A DNA stretch of 64,000 bases from Selaginella moellendorffii (Eukaryota > Plantae > Lycopodiophyta): positions 62,001-126,000 of the forward strand of contig NW_003314375.1 of the NCBI RefSeq assembly GCF_000143415.4. The letters run 5' to 3'. The notes beneath the pieces are model-generated. The model had not been told where the DNA came from, searched no databases, and was given only the letters and a program-made list of their open reading frames with translations. Within the stretch, counting starts at the first letter, position 1. Each line of letters starts with the position of its first letter. This document shows positions 37,471-49,310 of this stretch, in pieces. A program made the position numbers and the translations under genes.

Positions 37471-39049
37471 CGAGTTGCATGGCAAATGGCAAGGACTTCG
37501 ACGCTCTGAGCTTGATTGTTTGGAGATGGCGGTGAGCGAAGGGAGCCAAGATCTCTCTTGGAAATGGCAGAACAAAGCACTGTGAGGTTTCGGGTGTCTT
37601 CCCCGAAGACGTTGCATTTGGAACGCGCCTTTCTTCTCGGCGTTGAAGAAACCGCATTAGAACAAGGACCTTGGAGCGGGAACAGTTCAGATGTCTGATG
37701 GCGACTGACATGGATTACCGGGCTTTGACCGCGAGGGACAAACGCTCTGGGAACAACCGGCCATTGACCCTGGCGACTGACAACAAGACTGGGATCCTCT
37801 GACTTATGATCCCTTAGCCCATAAATACCTCACACAGCCAGCTCAGAGCAAGAGTTGTTGCAATTCTTCTGGCCGGGAGTCGAGCCACTGGAGGCAGCCG
37901 TGATCCAGTCGACCCAAGCTGCAACCTGTGAAGGAAATCTAAATACGTCTCACTTCTACAAAGCCAAAGGTACTCAGCAAGAAGAGATACGTGAATCCCA
38001 CGCTGTCCGGCGACGACTCTTGTCAGTGTTGGCGAGTCGGATATAACGACCTCGTCTACCGTTCGTTCTTCCCGGTCAGAGCTCCGGGGTGATCCAAAAC
38101 GTAAGCAGCCACTTCTCTGAGAGCGGCAATGGTCCCTCTCTTCAGTCCTTCGCCATATTGTGGACAGTGGCAGCCTCTCGGATTGTTCCCGCCAATCGAT
38201 TGATCCAGCATGATGCAGTCCCGGGAGAGAATAGCTTGGCATTGATCTCCCTGAGGATTTCCAGCTCGAGAACGAGTGTTGGGTCGTTTCCTTTGTGGGG
38301 CTCGTCTCTTTGCTGCGAATGGATTTGTCGAGAAAGAGAGCGCTCGGTTGTGTGTGGAAAAAGCATGGCCTCAGTCTGAGGGCTCTCTTTTTATTTGGTG
38401 TGTTCATCATCCATAGCAAGCTCTCTCTACAGAGCGTTTATCAATGGTGACTACCATTGTACAAAGAGGGCTCTGATCGAGATTAGAGTCTGGGGTGGGC
38501 TGCCAGCCAGAGATCCAATCACGTGCCAACTACATACTGTGGCAGGTTTTCTTGCCACGATGTGGACCTCGGCATCGTCTTCCAGGAGAGAGTCCTCGGT
38601 CAATCAGACCTCTCAAGATCTTCATCCTACTGACTTTCACTCTCTCCTCCAGGTTTTGCTCTTGAAGAAACTACATAACCACCTGCAACAAGAATATGTA
38701 ATGTAGATCACAAATGTCCATCTTGGACCTTTCTTAGAGAGCTTGGAAGCTCCAATTGCCACCCCATTGGCTACACAGTTGGAGCCACAGGGAGACGATC
38801 AACCTGCACAGCGGCCACGCTACTGAATCCAAGAGAGTGAGTTTCACAATTGGCTACGCTCAACTGGGAATAATGTCTCGGCCACAGTGCCTCTTACAAG
38901 CAGCCAACTCGGGATTCCTGGTCCTGATAATGCACAGCCACAACGCCTACTGAATGCACTGGATCGTTTCTGCTCTCTCACTGGCCTAAACCTTGAGAAC
39001 ACTCAAAGTGGGAAAAGACGTCTTGGGTTACCCCGGTATGGAAGTGAAG

Positions 39050-39720
39050 GCTCACTACAAAAACATCAAGAGCTGGATTAGCATGAGGCTCCGACGATCA
39101 CCTGGCAGGCCTTCGTCGAGCATCCTTTCAAACAACTCCCCGTGTCTTTCTCCATGAGCGAGCTCCAAGTCACCACGAGCTTCCTCCTTGCCAGTGACTC
39201 GCAGGATCGTCAAGGCAAGCGCACTTGCTGTAAAGACCCACAGAGAGCTCGCCACGTAAGTCCTGCCTTCCAGTCCATGCCTGCAAATCTTTGCATGGAG
39301 CTCTTTGCCAGCTTCTAGCATTGGCAGAGAAGGAAGAAGGCCAGGAAGTGAGAGAAGAGTTTGTGAAGCTAAGACAGCTTGAGCAAGGGATGGCTGTTCA
39401 CTCCCAGTCTGGTAGGGATGTATGCCGAGTGTGCAAGTCTGAGCTGGTTTTCAATAGAATGAGGTGTACTCTGGGCGGCACTTATCCTGGGATACGCCAG
39501 TGACGCAGTGATCGCTCTAGAGCTCGTTGAAATAATGCTGTCCAGCGGATGTCAGCCAAACTCTTGGACTTTCATTGCGGCACTGGTCGCTTGTGAGCTT
39601 GTGCAGACCATCAAAGCAGTGACGAAGCTTCTTGGGTCTGGTCCTTGCAAGTGAAAACACAGGCATAGAGCCTCCTCGCTCTCTCTGTTTTGCACGTAAT
39701 CCATCATCAGTGCGTTCCAC
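39050..39720. pseudogene. Pentatricopeptide-repeat (PLS-type) gene debris in both orientations
   Basis: LEAGKELHAKICRHGLEGRTYVASSL and ELFERMLDEG on the minus strand; LALAEKEEG..LEQGMAVHSQ and LVFNRM on the plus strand. Confidence 0.65.
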
Positions 39721-40140
39721 AGCACTATGTCCGGATGTAAGATCTTCTCAAAGACTGCTCGAGCATTAGCTTAGGCTCCCACATGTCATGCACATGTCAA
39801 CCAACAAATTTGTCCGACTCAAAACCCACACTTGCAAGCCTGATGGTGACGAGGCATATAGACAAGCTTTCCATAGTACCTGTTGCTTCCTCTTCGGCTC
39901 CCAAGCTCAAGCATGTCATTGAAACGGCAATGTAAGTCCCTTTGTGCTAGCCTCCATCCTGCTAAACAGCTCTAGAGCTGACTCATCATCCCCAGACTCC
40001 ACATATCCCTATATCACAGCGTTTCATAGCATCATATCTCAGTGCCGGTTGTTCTCAACTTGAGAGCCCACTGCATCTGGAGTACATGTCCATCAGCGAG
40101 CTCACCACAGACATTTCTGATCCAAATCCCAAACCCTTTG

Positions 40141-41326
40141 GGACAACCCAAACAAACTCTGAAGAACAAAGCGACAGCTCCAAGGATCAGTCAGGATCAG
40201 AAGGAGAAACTCCCAGCAAGAAACCGAAGCCAGCATCTCAACAATCAGGCTCAGCTCACTCTAGCAACACTAGCTCCAGCAACAAACACTCCAACGATTC
40301 AACTCTACTTTGCCGCTGCCTCACACGCAACACACCAGCGAATCCAGGTCGAAAGCTGCTGCTTTGAGAGCACCTCATCATCAGCGACAATGAAGACAAC
40401 TCACACCAGCTTCCACACTCACCCCAGCACTTGGATCCACTCGAATCAGCCCCAAAACTGACAACTTCTCACCAACAACTCAACATCTCCAAAGGAAAAC
40501 GTTAGCTGCTCACCTAGAACTCGGTTTCTCCACCAGCTGAGAACGTTATTCTCACCGCCCCGACCCCCTTGACACGCTCCACGAAGGAAAACATCAACTA
40601 CCTTTGCCGATCACTCACAGAACACAGAACCATGCCTCCTCAAGCAAGTGGTGTGGTCGGTCCAGATTCTTTGAGGTGGTTGGAGATGAGCGTTTTGGAT
40701 TAATGCTGGATGAACGGCTCAGATGTGGCACTGAAATTAATGTATCAGTTGAACGGCCTAAATCTTCCGCTTGAAATTTTGTTGAAGGGGTGGAATTTTT
40801 GCTGATGCTGGTTGCAGCATTTGCTGGAGGACGCATGGTTGCGTGTTCTACGAGTGATCAGCTAAGGTATTCGATGTTTTTTATCGTGGAGCGTGTCAAG
40901 GGGCTGGGATGGTGAGAATGACGTTCTCAGATGGTGGAGAAACCGAGTCCTGGGCTATCAGCTGGCATTTTCCTTTGGAGATGTTGAGTTGTTGGTGAGA
41001 AGTTGCTGGTTTTGGGGCTAATTCAAGTGGATCTGGGTGCTGGGGTGAATGTGGAAGCTGGTGTGAGTTGTTTTCATTGTCGCTGATGACGAGGTGCTCT
41101 CAGAGCAGCAGCTTTCAAGCTGGATTCGCTGGTGTGTTGTGTGTGAGGCAGCGGCAAAGTAGAGTTGAATCATTGGAGTGTTTGCTGCTGGAGCTGGTGT
41201 TGCTGGAGTGAGCTGAGCCTGATTGTTGAGATGCTGGCTTCAGTTTCTCGCTGGGAGTTTCTCCTTCTGATCCTGACTGATCCTCGGAGCTGTCACTTTG
41301 TTCTTCAGAGTTTGTTTGGGTTGTCC
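40141..41326. repeat. Long inverted repeat: arms 40141-40641 and 40828-41326, ~186-bp spacer
   Basis: TTQTNSEEQSDSS.DQSGSEGETPS.K.KPASQQSGSAHSSNTSSS is encoded on opposite strands, and the arms align along their whole length. Confidence 0.92.
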
Positions 41327-41502
41327 ACGGTTGCTTGTTGGGAAGAGCTTGGTGTAGAGCTACTAGCACTGGGAACATTAATGTCCGCATGGTTTTCTTG
41401 TTCAGTGTGGTGAGGATGGCACGGTCGAGAAGCTTGAGAAGGAGCTCATGGAGATGATGAGCCACATTCACACATTCGCCATTGAGTAGAGCTCCGTAGA
41501 CC

Positions 41503-41877
41503 TGGAAACCTCCCCTAACACATGCACGCCCAGGAGCAGCTACACTCACGACTGAAAGCCAGGTTCAAACGGCTACTAGTTTATTTTCTCTATTCTAGGC
41601 ATATGCTGGCGGTTAGAACCGCCAACAGGAGAGTGGTTTTGAGAGACCCCAGCGCAACTAGGGTTCCCCATCTCCTTTCCCATTCCATTGTACTTCAAGA
41701 CTCCTGAATCGCACCCCCCTATTTGCATTATCTTTGACTTGAGTCTCTCTCCCCGCCGATCCACCACTTCTTTCACCCCTCCTCAGCTGGCGACCTCTGG
41801 AGATCAGGCGCCAGTTCTCAGATTGAGTTCTAGCGGTAGCAGCATTCTCATCCATCTCCGAATTTTCCCAGTAAACA
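41503..41877 (+). repeat. 5' LTR
   Basis: I count only three substitutions relative to the 3' LTR. Confidence 0.96.
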
Positions 41878-41879
41878 TT

Positions 41880-41896
41880 TGGCGACCACGGTGGGA
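41880..41896 (+). promoter_or_regulatory. Primer-binding site, probably tRNA-Arg(UCG)
   Basis: TGGCGACCACGGTGGGA lies 2 nt after the LTR and is complementary to the ...CCCAC(T/C)GTGGTCG-CCA end of plant tRNA-Arg(UCG) as I recall it. Confidence 0.75.
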
Positions 41897-43195
41897 TGGA
41901 TCGCTGAGAGAGATCAAGGAACGAGAACCTGGTAACCATTTGCATTTTTCGAAATTTTCTTGTTTGCAGAGATTCAAGACCACTCTTTCTCTCCACATCG
42001 AGTATGCCACCACCAACATGGGTACCCGGAACACGCCTCGCTGCAGCGACCACTAGAGGAAGAAAACTACACCAGCAAATTTTCGAAGAAATTAAAGATC
42101 TTTCAACTAGACCTCCTAGCGCTCTATCCGAATGAGGAGAAGAAGACCTTTGCAATCAACCCCAACATCAGCACCGAACTCTTCACCGGCCAGCATCGAG
42201 GAACCGACAGCAAACCCGAGCATCTCCTCCGAGATCTTCTCCGACCAGCAATCTGAGAGCCCAACTCCGAATTCGAGCAGAAGAACACCGGCTGCAAGCC
42301 AGAGAACTCGCCGGCAGAGCCTCCGAACTCTTCTCCGACAACAGCTCTGCTTTACCGACTAGACAAAAGAACAGCAAGAATTCCGGCAACAGATCTTCCC
42401 GACCAACGCTTCTTCCACACATCAGCCGCACGTTCTCCTACGACGAGCCTCCGACACTCTATCCCGGCATCGGCCAAGTCACCGAAGGAAAGCTCCCGAA
42501 TGCACCAACAATCTTCCGACAGACTCTCCGACTGAGCACCCAAACCAGCACTGAGGACATCATCCGACGACGACACGACGCTAATCTCCACGCTGCCAAG
42601 ACTCTGTTCGACCACGCCATCGAGTACGCCGGCCTAGAGACCATTGACGGCGAAATTGGGTCTGATCACCCCAACCAGTCCGACTATCCAAAACTCTTCG
42701 TCGAGCTTCATCTCGGCACCGGCACCTGGAAGACCAGCCTACACTCAGCACCTCGTCTCAACAAATCGATTGGAGACTCCACCGACAAGCCCAAGCCGAA
42801 GAAAGAAACGAAGAAGAAACTCCTGGAGTACGACTGCTACCCACTTCCGGACGAGTTTTCCTCTGAGCGCCCGAACACCAGCCCAGACGACTCATCGCCA
42901 CCCAGTTGAACTATGATCCTGCCCAACAAGAGTGGACCGACTATGAGAAGTTCTACAGCATAGTAACCCTTAGAAGATTATACAATAGCTACTGCCGAAG
43001 ACTAGCTTCGAAGCTCCAGGCCCGAAGATATTTCCGGAGCCTTAAGATTATCATTGACACCGATTCGACATTCAGCCAGATACCCGACAACATCACCGAC
43101 AACCAAGTCAAGAGTTTGATGAAGACCTTCATCCCCGAGATACCAACATCCAAGATAGTTTTAGTGTACAAGAACCCACGGCCGAAAAGAGCCGC

Positions 43196-44795
43196 ATGAA
43201 CAAGCCGAGGAAAGCAGCCAGCAAACAACAAGAAGACACCGAAAGACTTCAACGACACCTCCAGCGAGAGTTGAAGAGACTAGAGAAAGAGAGAAAAGAA
43301 AATGCCACGCAGTGGTCCCACTTTGTACAAAGAGAAAGGTACATTACTGATGAATTGTTTCCCAAAATTGCAGCCGGCGAAGATGCCGGAAGGATTTTAG
43401 AAGGCTACCAGAATTTTAGGACACCACCTGCTTCTCCGACTGCAGCACCGGAGAACCCACCAGAAACCCAGCCGGAAGTTCAGCACACTCCCCAGCACAG
43501 CTTCCACAACCCACTCTTCCGAGGACAAACCGACCCAAGAACTTATTTCTCCTGGACTGTACCGACAGCTTCACCAGCAGTCCTCGGCACACTGTTTTCG
43601 ACGCCAGTATCAGCTTCTACCTCGACCACACCGTTCGCCTCCGCACCAGACTTCTACAACTTCCAGCAACAACCAGACTCCCCGACGCTCAACTCAGTCG
43701 AATATGGCCTCCGACCGATATACATTGTTGACCCAGACGATCGACCAGCACATCACCAGCAATACGAGTTCGGCCAATCCTCCAAATACACACTTGACCA
43801 ACTTTTCGACCAGACGTTCAGCAGACCCCACCAACAACCAGAACCAGACATCGATCTTCAGCAACCGGACTTACAGGTAATACTCCGACAATCCTCTCCG
43901 GAGACCTTGCTGAAGCCTGCCGGAGAACATCTGCTACCATCAACATCAACACTGCCACCACAGAACACTCCACTAACTACTTCGTCAAATGTCCCGCCAA
44001 ACACTCCACCAAACACTCTGCCACACAGTCTACCAGACATTCCCCCAGACATCATCACCATGACAATGGTACTCCCTAACACGGTCATCGGCAAGCTTGT
44101 CACCTACCCACAATTCAAAGGGAAGAAGACCGAAGACCCAGAAAAGCACGTCATTCGCTTCAAGGAGGCCGCCCGAGTCAACGGCCAGCAAGACAACCTC
44201 GCATTCCTCTTCGGCTGCACCCTCAAAGGCCACGCCGGAGAATGGCTCCAGACGACCGACCCGAAACTCACCTTCGACGAGCTTACCAAAGCCTTCACCG
44301 ACCACTTCAAGTCAGCACTCAGCCAGTCAGAGAAGCTTCAGAAGATACAGAACATCAAAATGCGTACTGGTGAAACTCTCGAAGAATACACTGAACGCTT
44401 CACCAAACACGCCAACCGCTGCAAGAGCTCTTCTACTGACATACTTTTATACCAGTGGTACATGTAGGGACTAGCTTCACACTTGAAGAAAGCTGCCACC
44501 AAAATCGACACCAGCGATTACAAGACTCTTTCCAAAGACTTGAAAGAAGTTCAAATCCGCCAACAAACTGCCCGAGTTGATGAACCGGAAGACTTTGACT
44601 CCGAGGAAGATGAGGACGACCTCCTCGACAGCCTCACCAGCAAGTCCAAGGACAAAGTCGGCATCCGAAAGATCCAGAAGCTCCTCACCAAATTCACTGC
44701 ATCCGGCAACAAATCCGACGTCCGAACCGGCGTCTGGTGCACAAAATGCAAGAATGAAGGACACTCAGCCACTGACTGCAAACTCCAGATCGTCA
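43196..44795 (+). pseudogene. gag: gag with long N-terminal extension, one in-frame stop and a zinc knuckle
   Basis: FKGKKTEDPEKHVIRF, LKGHAGEWL, GETLEEYTERF; TAG at 44465-44467; CTKCKNEGHSATDC (CX2CX4HX4C). Confidence 0.88.
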
Positions 44796-45715
44796 NNNNN
44801 NNNNNNNNNNNNNNNNNNNNNNNNNNNNNNNNNNNNNNNNNNNNNNNNNNNNNNNNNNNNNNNNNNNNNNNNNNNNNNNNNNNNNNNNNNNNNNNNNNNN
44901 NNNNNNNNNNNNNNNNNNNNNNNNNNNNNNNNNNNNNNNNNNNNNNNNNNNNNNNNNNNNNNNNNNNNNNNNNNNNNNNNNNNNNNNNNNNNNNNNNNNN
45001 NNNNNNNNNNNNNNNNNNNNNNNNNNNNNNNNNNNNNNNNNNNNNNNNNNNNNNNNNNNNNNNNNNNNNNNNNNNNNNNNNNNNNNNNNNNNNNNNNNNN
45101 NNNNNNNNNNNNNNNNNNNNNNNNNNNNNNNNNNNNNNNNNNNNNNNNNNNNNNNNNNNNNNNNNNNNNNNNNNNNNNNNNNNNNNNNNNNNNNNNNNNN
45201 NNNNNNNNNNNNNNNNNNNNNNNNNNNNNNNNNNNNNNNNNNNNNNNNNNNNNNNNNNNNNNNNNNNNNNNNNNNNNNNNNNNNNNNNNNNNNNNNNNNN
45301 NNNNNNNNNNNNNNNNNNNNNNNNNNNNNNNNNNNNNNNNNNNNNNNNNNNNNNNNNNNNNNNNNNNNNNNNNNNNNNNNNNNNNNNNNNNNNNNNNNNN
45401 NNNNNNNNNNNNNNNNNNNNNNNNNNNNNNNNNNNNNNNNNNNNNNNNNNNNNNNNNNNNNNNNNNNNNNNNNNNNNNNNNNNNNNNNNNNNNNNNNNNN
45501 NNNNNNNNNNNNNNNNNNNNNNNNNNNNNNNNNNNNNNNNNNNNNNNNNNNNNNNNNNNNNNNNNNNNNNNNNNNNNNNNNNNNNNNNNNNNNNNNNNNN
45601 NNNNNNNNNNNNNNNNNNNNNNNNNNNNNNNNNNNNNNNNNNNNNNNNNNNNNNNNNNNNNNNNNNNNNNNNNNNNNNNNNNNNNNNNNNNNNNNNNNNN
45701 NNNNNNNNNNNNNNN
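44796..45715. other. Assembly gap
   Basis: Run of 920 N. Confidence 1.
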
Positions 45716-45739
45716 TATCTCGTCACCAACTGGTAAGTC

Positions 45740-48700
45740 TGACTAACCCTCCGGACACACCTCCAACGCACGCCCCAGCACTGAATACCAACAAGGACAC
45801 TGTCGATGCCTTTCAAGCTGAGATACAACCCGGAGATTGCGACAATGAAGTTCCAACCATCGACCTCCGAATCGGCCGACACCAAGTCCGAGGAGCCATG
45901 CTTGACGGCGGCTCTGGCGTCAACATCATCGACGAGAGTCTCGTCAGACAAATCAACCTTGGTCCAGTTGAGCCAGCACCGTTTAACATCCGAATGGCCG
46001 ACCACCGATCAGTCCGACCCCAAGGAATTATCCGGAATGTCATCACCAATATCAGAGGCATCAGAGTTCCAGTCAACTATGTCATCCTCAAGCTTCCGAA
46101 GGACTCCGACGGCTACGCAGTCCTCCTCGGACGCCCGTGGCTCAAACACGCTCGAGCAATGCACAACTGGTCGACCAACCAGATCTTCCTCCAAGGCCCG
46201 CAAGGTCCAGTAACAGTCTCGACAAACTCGTCGAAACACCTTCTGACGAACATCCGACCGGTTGACCTCGAAGACTATGACCTCAAAACCGGCCTCGACG
46301 ACTATGAAGAACAGCAAATACTCCAAGCCTACCCCAACCTCGAACCCCTCGCCGAAATCGACATCTTTAGAGTAGCAGCCGACTTCAGCCGAGAGCGACC
46401 CCAGCTTACCGAAGCATTGAAGAACCCGACAACCAGAGACACTACCATCGCCACTCAGCCAGGATTCATTGTCGACTCCGACCAGAAAGTCGCCTATGTC
46501 CCGACAATACCGACCAACCAACCTCTCGAGAAGATCAACCTTGCAACCGACCAGAATCAGCATCACATCATCCTCGCCAAAGACATCTCTGAGAGTTTCC
46601 GGAACAAAGGCCTGAGACTCCTCCAGAAGAAAAAGCACTTGTTTGCTTGGAGCTACAAAGACCTGAAAGGAGTCTCACCAGACTTATGTCTGCACACCAT
46701 CACCCTCCTCCCGGATGCCCGGCCGAAGCGACAGGCACCTTACCGGATGAACCCAAACCTCATGGAGCAAGTCAAGAAGGAGCTCAACAAACTCCTCGAG
46801 GTCGAATACATCTACCCGATCTAGAATCCGATCTGGTTGTCTCCTCTGGTCGTTGTGCCGAAGAAAAACGGCAAGCTCCGAATCTGCGTCAACTACAAGC
46901 AGCTCAACGACGTCACCAACAAAGATATCTTCCCGATACCCTTCACCGATGAAGTTCTTGACACAGTCGCCGGACACGAAATGTACTCCTTCCTCGACGG
47001 ATTTTCCGGCTACAATCAGATCACCATCGCCCAAGAAGACCAGCACAAGACAGTATTCATCAGCCCATGGGGAGCATACGCCTACCGAAGAATGCCTTTC
47101 GGCCTCTGCAATGCACCCTTCACTTTCCAGCGACTCGTCACCAACACCTTCCGAGACTACCTCACTGACTTCATGTGAGTCTTCATGGACGACTTCAGTG
47201 TCTTCAGCTCCGAAGACCGCCATCTCGAATGCCTCGAGAAATGCCTCGAGAAGTGCGAAGAAAACAACATCGCCCTCAACCCCGAGAAATGCGCCTTCTT
47301 CGTCAAGTCCGGAGTACTTCTCGGCCACATTGTCTGCAAAGACGGCATACTCATCGACAAAGACAAAGTCGAAGTCATACTTCAGCTCGACCCGCCAAAG
47401 AACCAAAAGGACCTCCGAAGATTTCTCGGCAAGATCGGATACCACCGAAGATTCATCCACAAGTACGCCGACATCGCCAAACCTCTCACCGACGGCCTTC
47501 GGCTTGACGCCCAGTGGATCTGGTCGGACACTCAGCAGACAGCATTTGACAACCTCAAGCTCAAGCTCACTACCGCACCAATACTCGCCAAACCAGACTG
47601 GACCAAAGAGTTCCATATCCACGTCGACACCTCTGACATCGGCACCGGCACAGTGCTTAGCCAAGCCCAGAGAGACAACCGAGACCAGCCGATTTACTAC
47701 GCAAGCAGACTACTCACCTCGAAACGAACGCAACTACACCACCACCGAGAAAGAAGCCCTCGGCATGGTATACGCCCTCCAGAAGTTTCGGCACTACATT
47801 CTTTCGAGCAAAGTCATCATCTTTGTTGACCACAAGGCCCTCCTTTACCTCATCAACAAGCCCATACTCTCCGGCCGAATTTCCAGATGGTTCCTTCTAC
47901 TCCAAGAGTACAACTTTGAAATTGTCCACAAGCCCGGCCGACAGCATGAACAGGCCGACTTCCTCAGCCGCATCACCACCGGAGAATCGCCCGATCAACT
48001 CGCCGATGATTTGCCCAACTCCAACCTTTTCCGAATTTCAGTACCAGCAACATGGCTCGACGACATCTTCGCCTACCTCAGCTCAGCAAAAGTCCCAGCT
48101 CAGCATACAATGCCAGACCAGAGAAAGAATTTTGTCTCGAAAACCCGCCGGTACTCCATCATCGGCGGCAGCCTTTACAAACTCGGCATCGACAACATAC
48201 TTAGACGATGCATCAAAGTTCCAGAGACCCTCAGGATTATAAACGAAGCACATTCTGGACCGTCCGGCGGCCACTTCACCTCCGACACAACCGTCCGGAA
48301 GATTCTCCAGTCAGGACTCTGGTGGCCGACAATGTGGCGAGACACCGAAGACTTCTGCCGGAAATGCGACACCTGCCAGAGGAATCGACTTCCGCTGAAA
48401 ACTCAGAGTCAACCGCTCAACCCAACCTTCCCGGTCACGCCTTTCCAGAGATGGGGACTCGACTTCGTCGGACCCCAAATCACCACAGCCCGGAAGAACC
48501 AGTACATCATTGTCGCCACCGACTACGCCACCAAATGGGCCGAAGCAGCTCCACTCAAGCAAGCAACCGCCAAGGCAACAGCCAAGTTCATCTACGAGAA
48601 CATCATTACCCGCTTCGGAACACCACTCGAACTCGTCACCGACCGTGGCAGCCACTTCATCAATGAAACCATCGGACACCTTACCGAAGAGTTCCAGATC

Positions 48701-49310
48701 TGACACAAAACATCAACGCCCTACTACCCGCAAGGCAATGGCCAAGCTGAAGCCACCAACAAGACGCTCAAGACAATTCTCAAGAAAGTCATCAGTGATT
48801 CCGGCAAAGATTGGGACGAGAAACTCGGAGACGTTCTCTGGGCCTACCGGACAGCATACAAGATCACCACCGACATGACACCGTTCAAGCTCGCCTTTGG
48901 AATAGAAGCCATAACACCAATCGAGTTCATCATTCCCAGCATGCGTGTCGCGGTGAAGTACGACCTGGATCCCCGGCACATCTTCCGGCAACGACTGCTC
49001 GAACTCGAGAAACTCGACGAGCTCTGACTCAACGCCTTGTGGACCCTCCACACCATCCAGAAGCAAAGAAAAGCCAGGCACGACCGAAGACTCGCTCGAA
49101 ACAAAACTCCGAAGTACTCTCCCGGCGATCATGTACTCTGGTATCGAGGACCAATCACTCAGCTCGGCAACAAGCTCAAAACCAAGTGGCAAGGACCTTT
49201 CATCATCACCGAACTCTACCCGAACTCGACAGCGAACGTCGCCACCCTCGCTAGAGACTTCACCGAAACTGTCAACCTCAACAAACTCCGACCATACTAC
49301 GTCGACCTCT
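45740..49310 (+). pseudogene. pol: pol (protease, RT, RNase H, integrase) with stops and one frameshift
   Basis: LDGGSGVNI; KKNGKLRICVNY, FLDGFSGYNQI, MPFGLCNAP, VFMDDF; NYTTTEKEAL; H..GGHF..C..C; WGLDFVGP, VTDRGSHF, PQGNGQAE; KWQGPF. Confidence 0.95.

Noticed and set aside
38440-39050. LINE reverse-transcriptase remnant (LDRFCSLTGLNL..LGLP)
   Set aside because: One weak motif only; not enough to call.
44483-46005. Long ORFs of 389-484 aa
   Set aside because: Artefacts of translating through the N gap.
46009-48706. Long antisense ORFs over pol
   Set aside because: Shadow ORFs caused by the C/A-rich codon bias of the sense strand.
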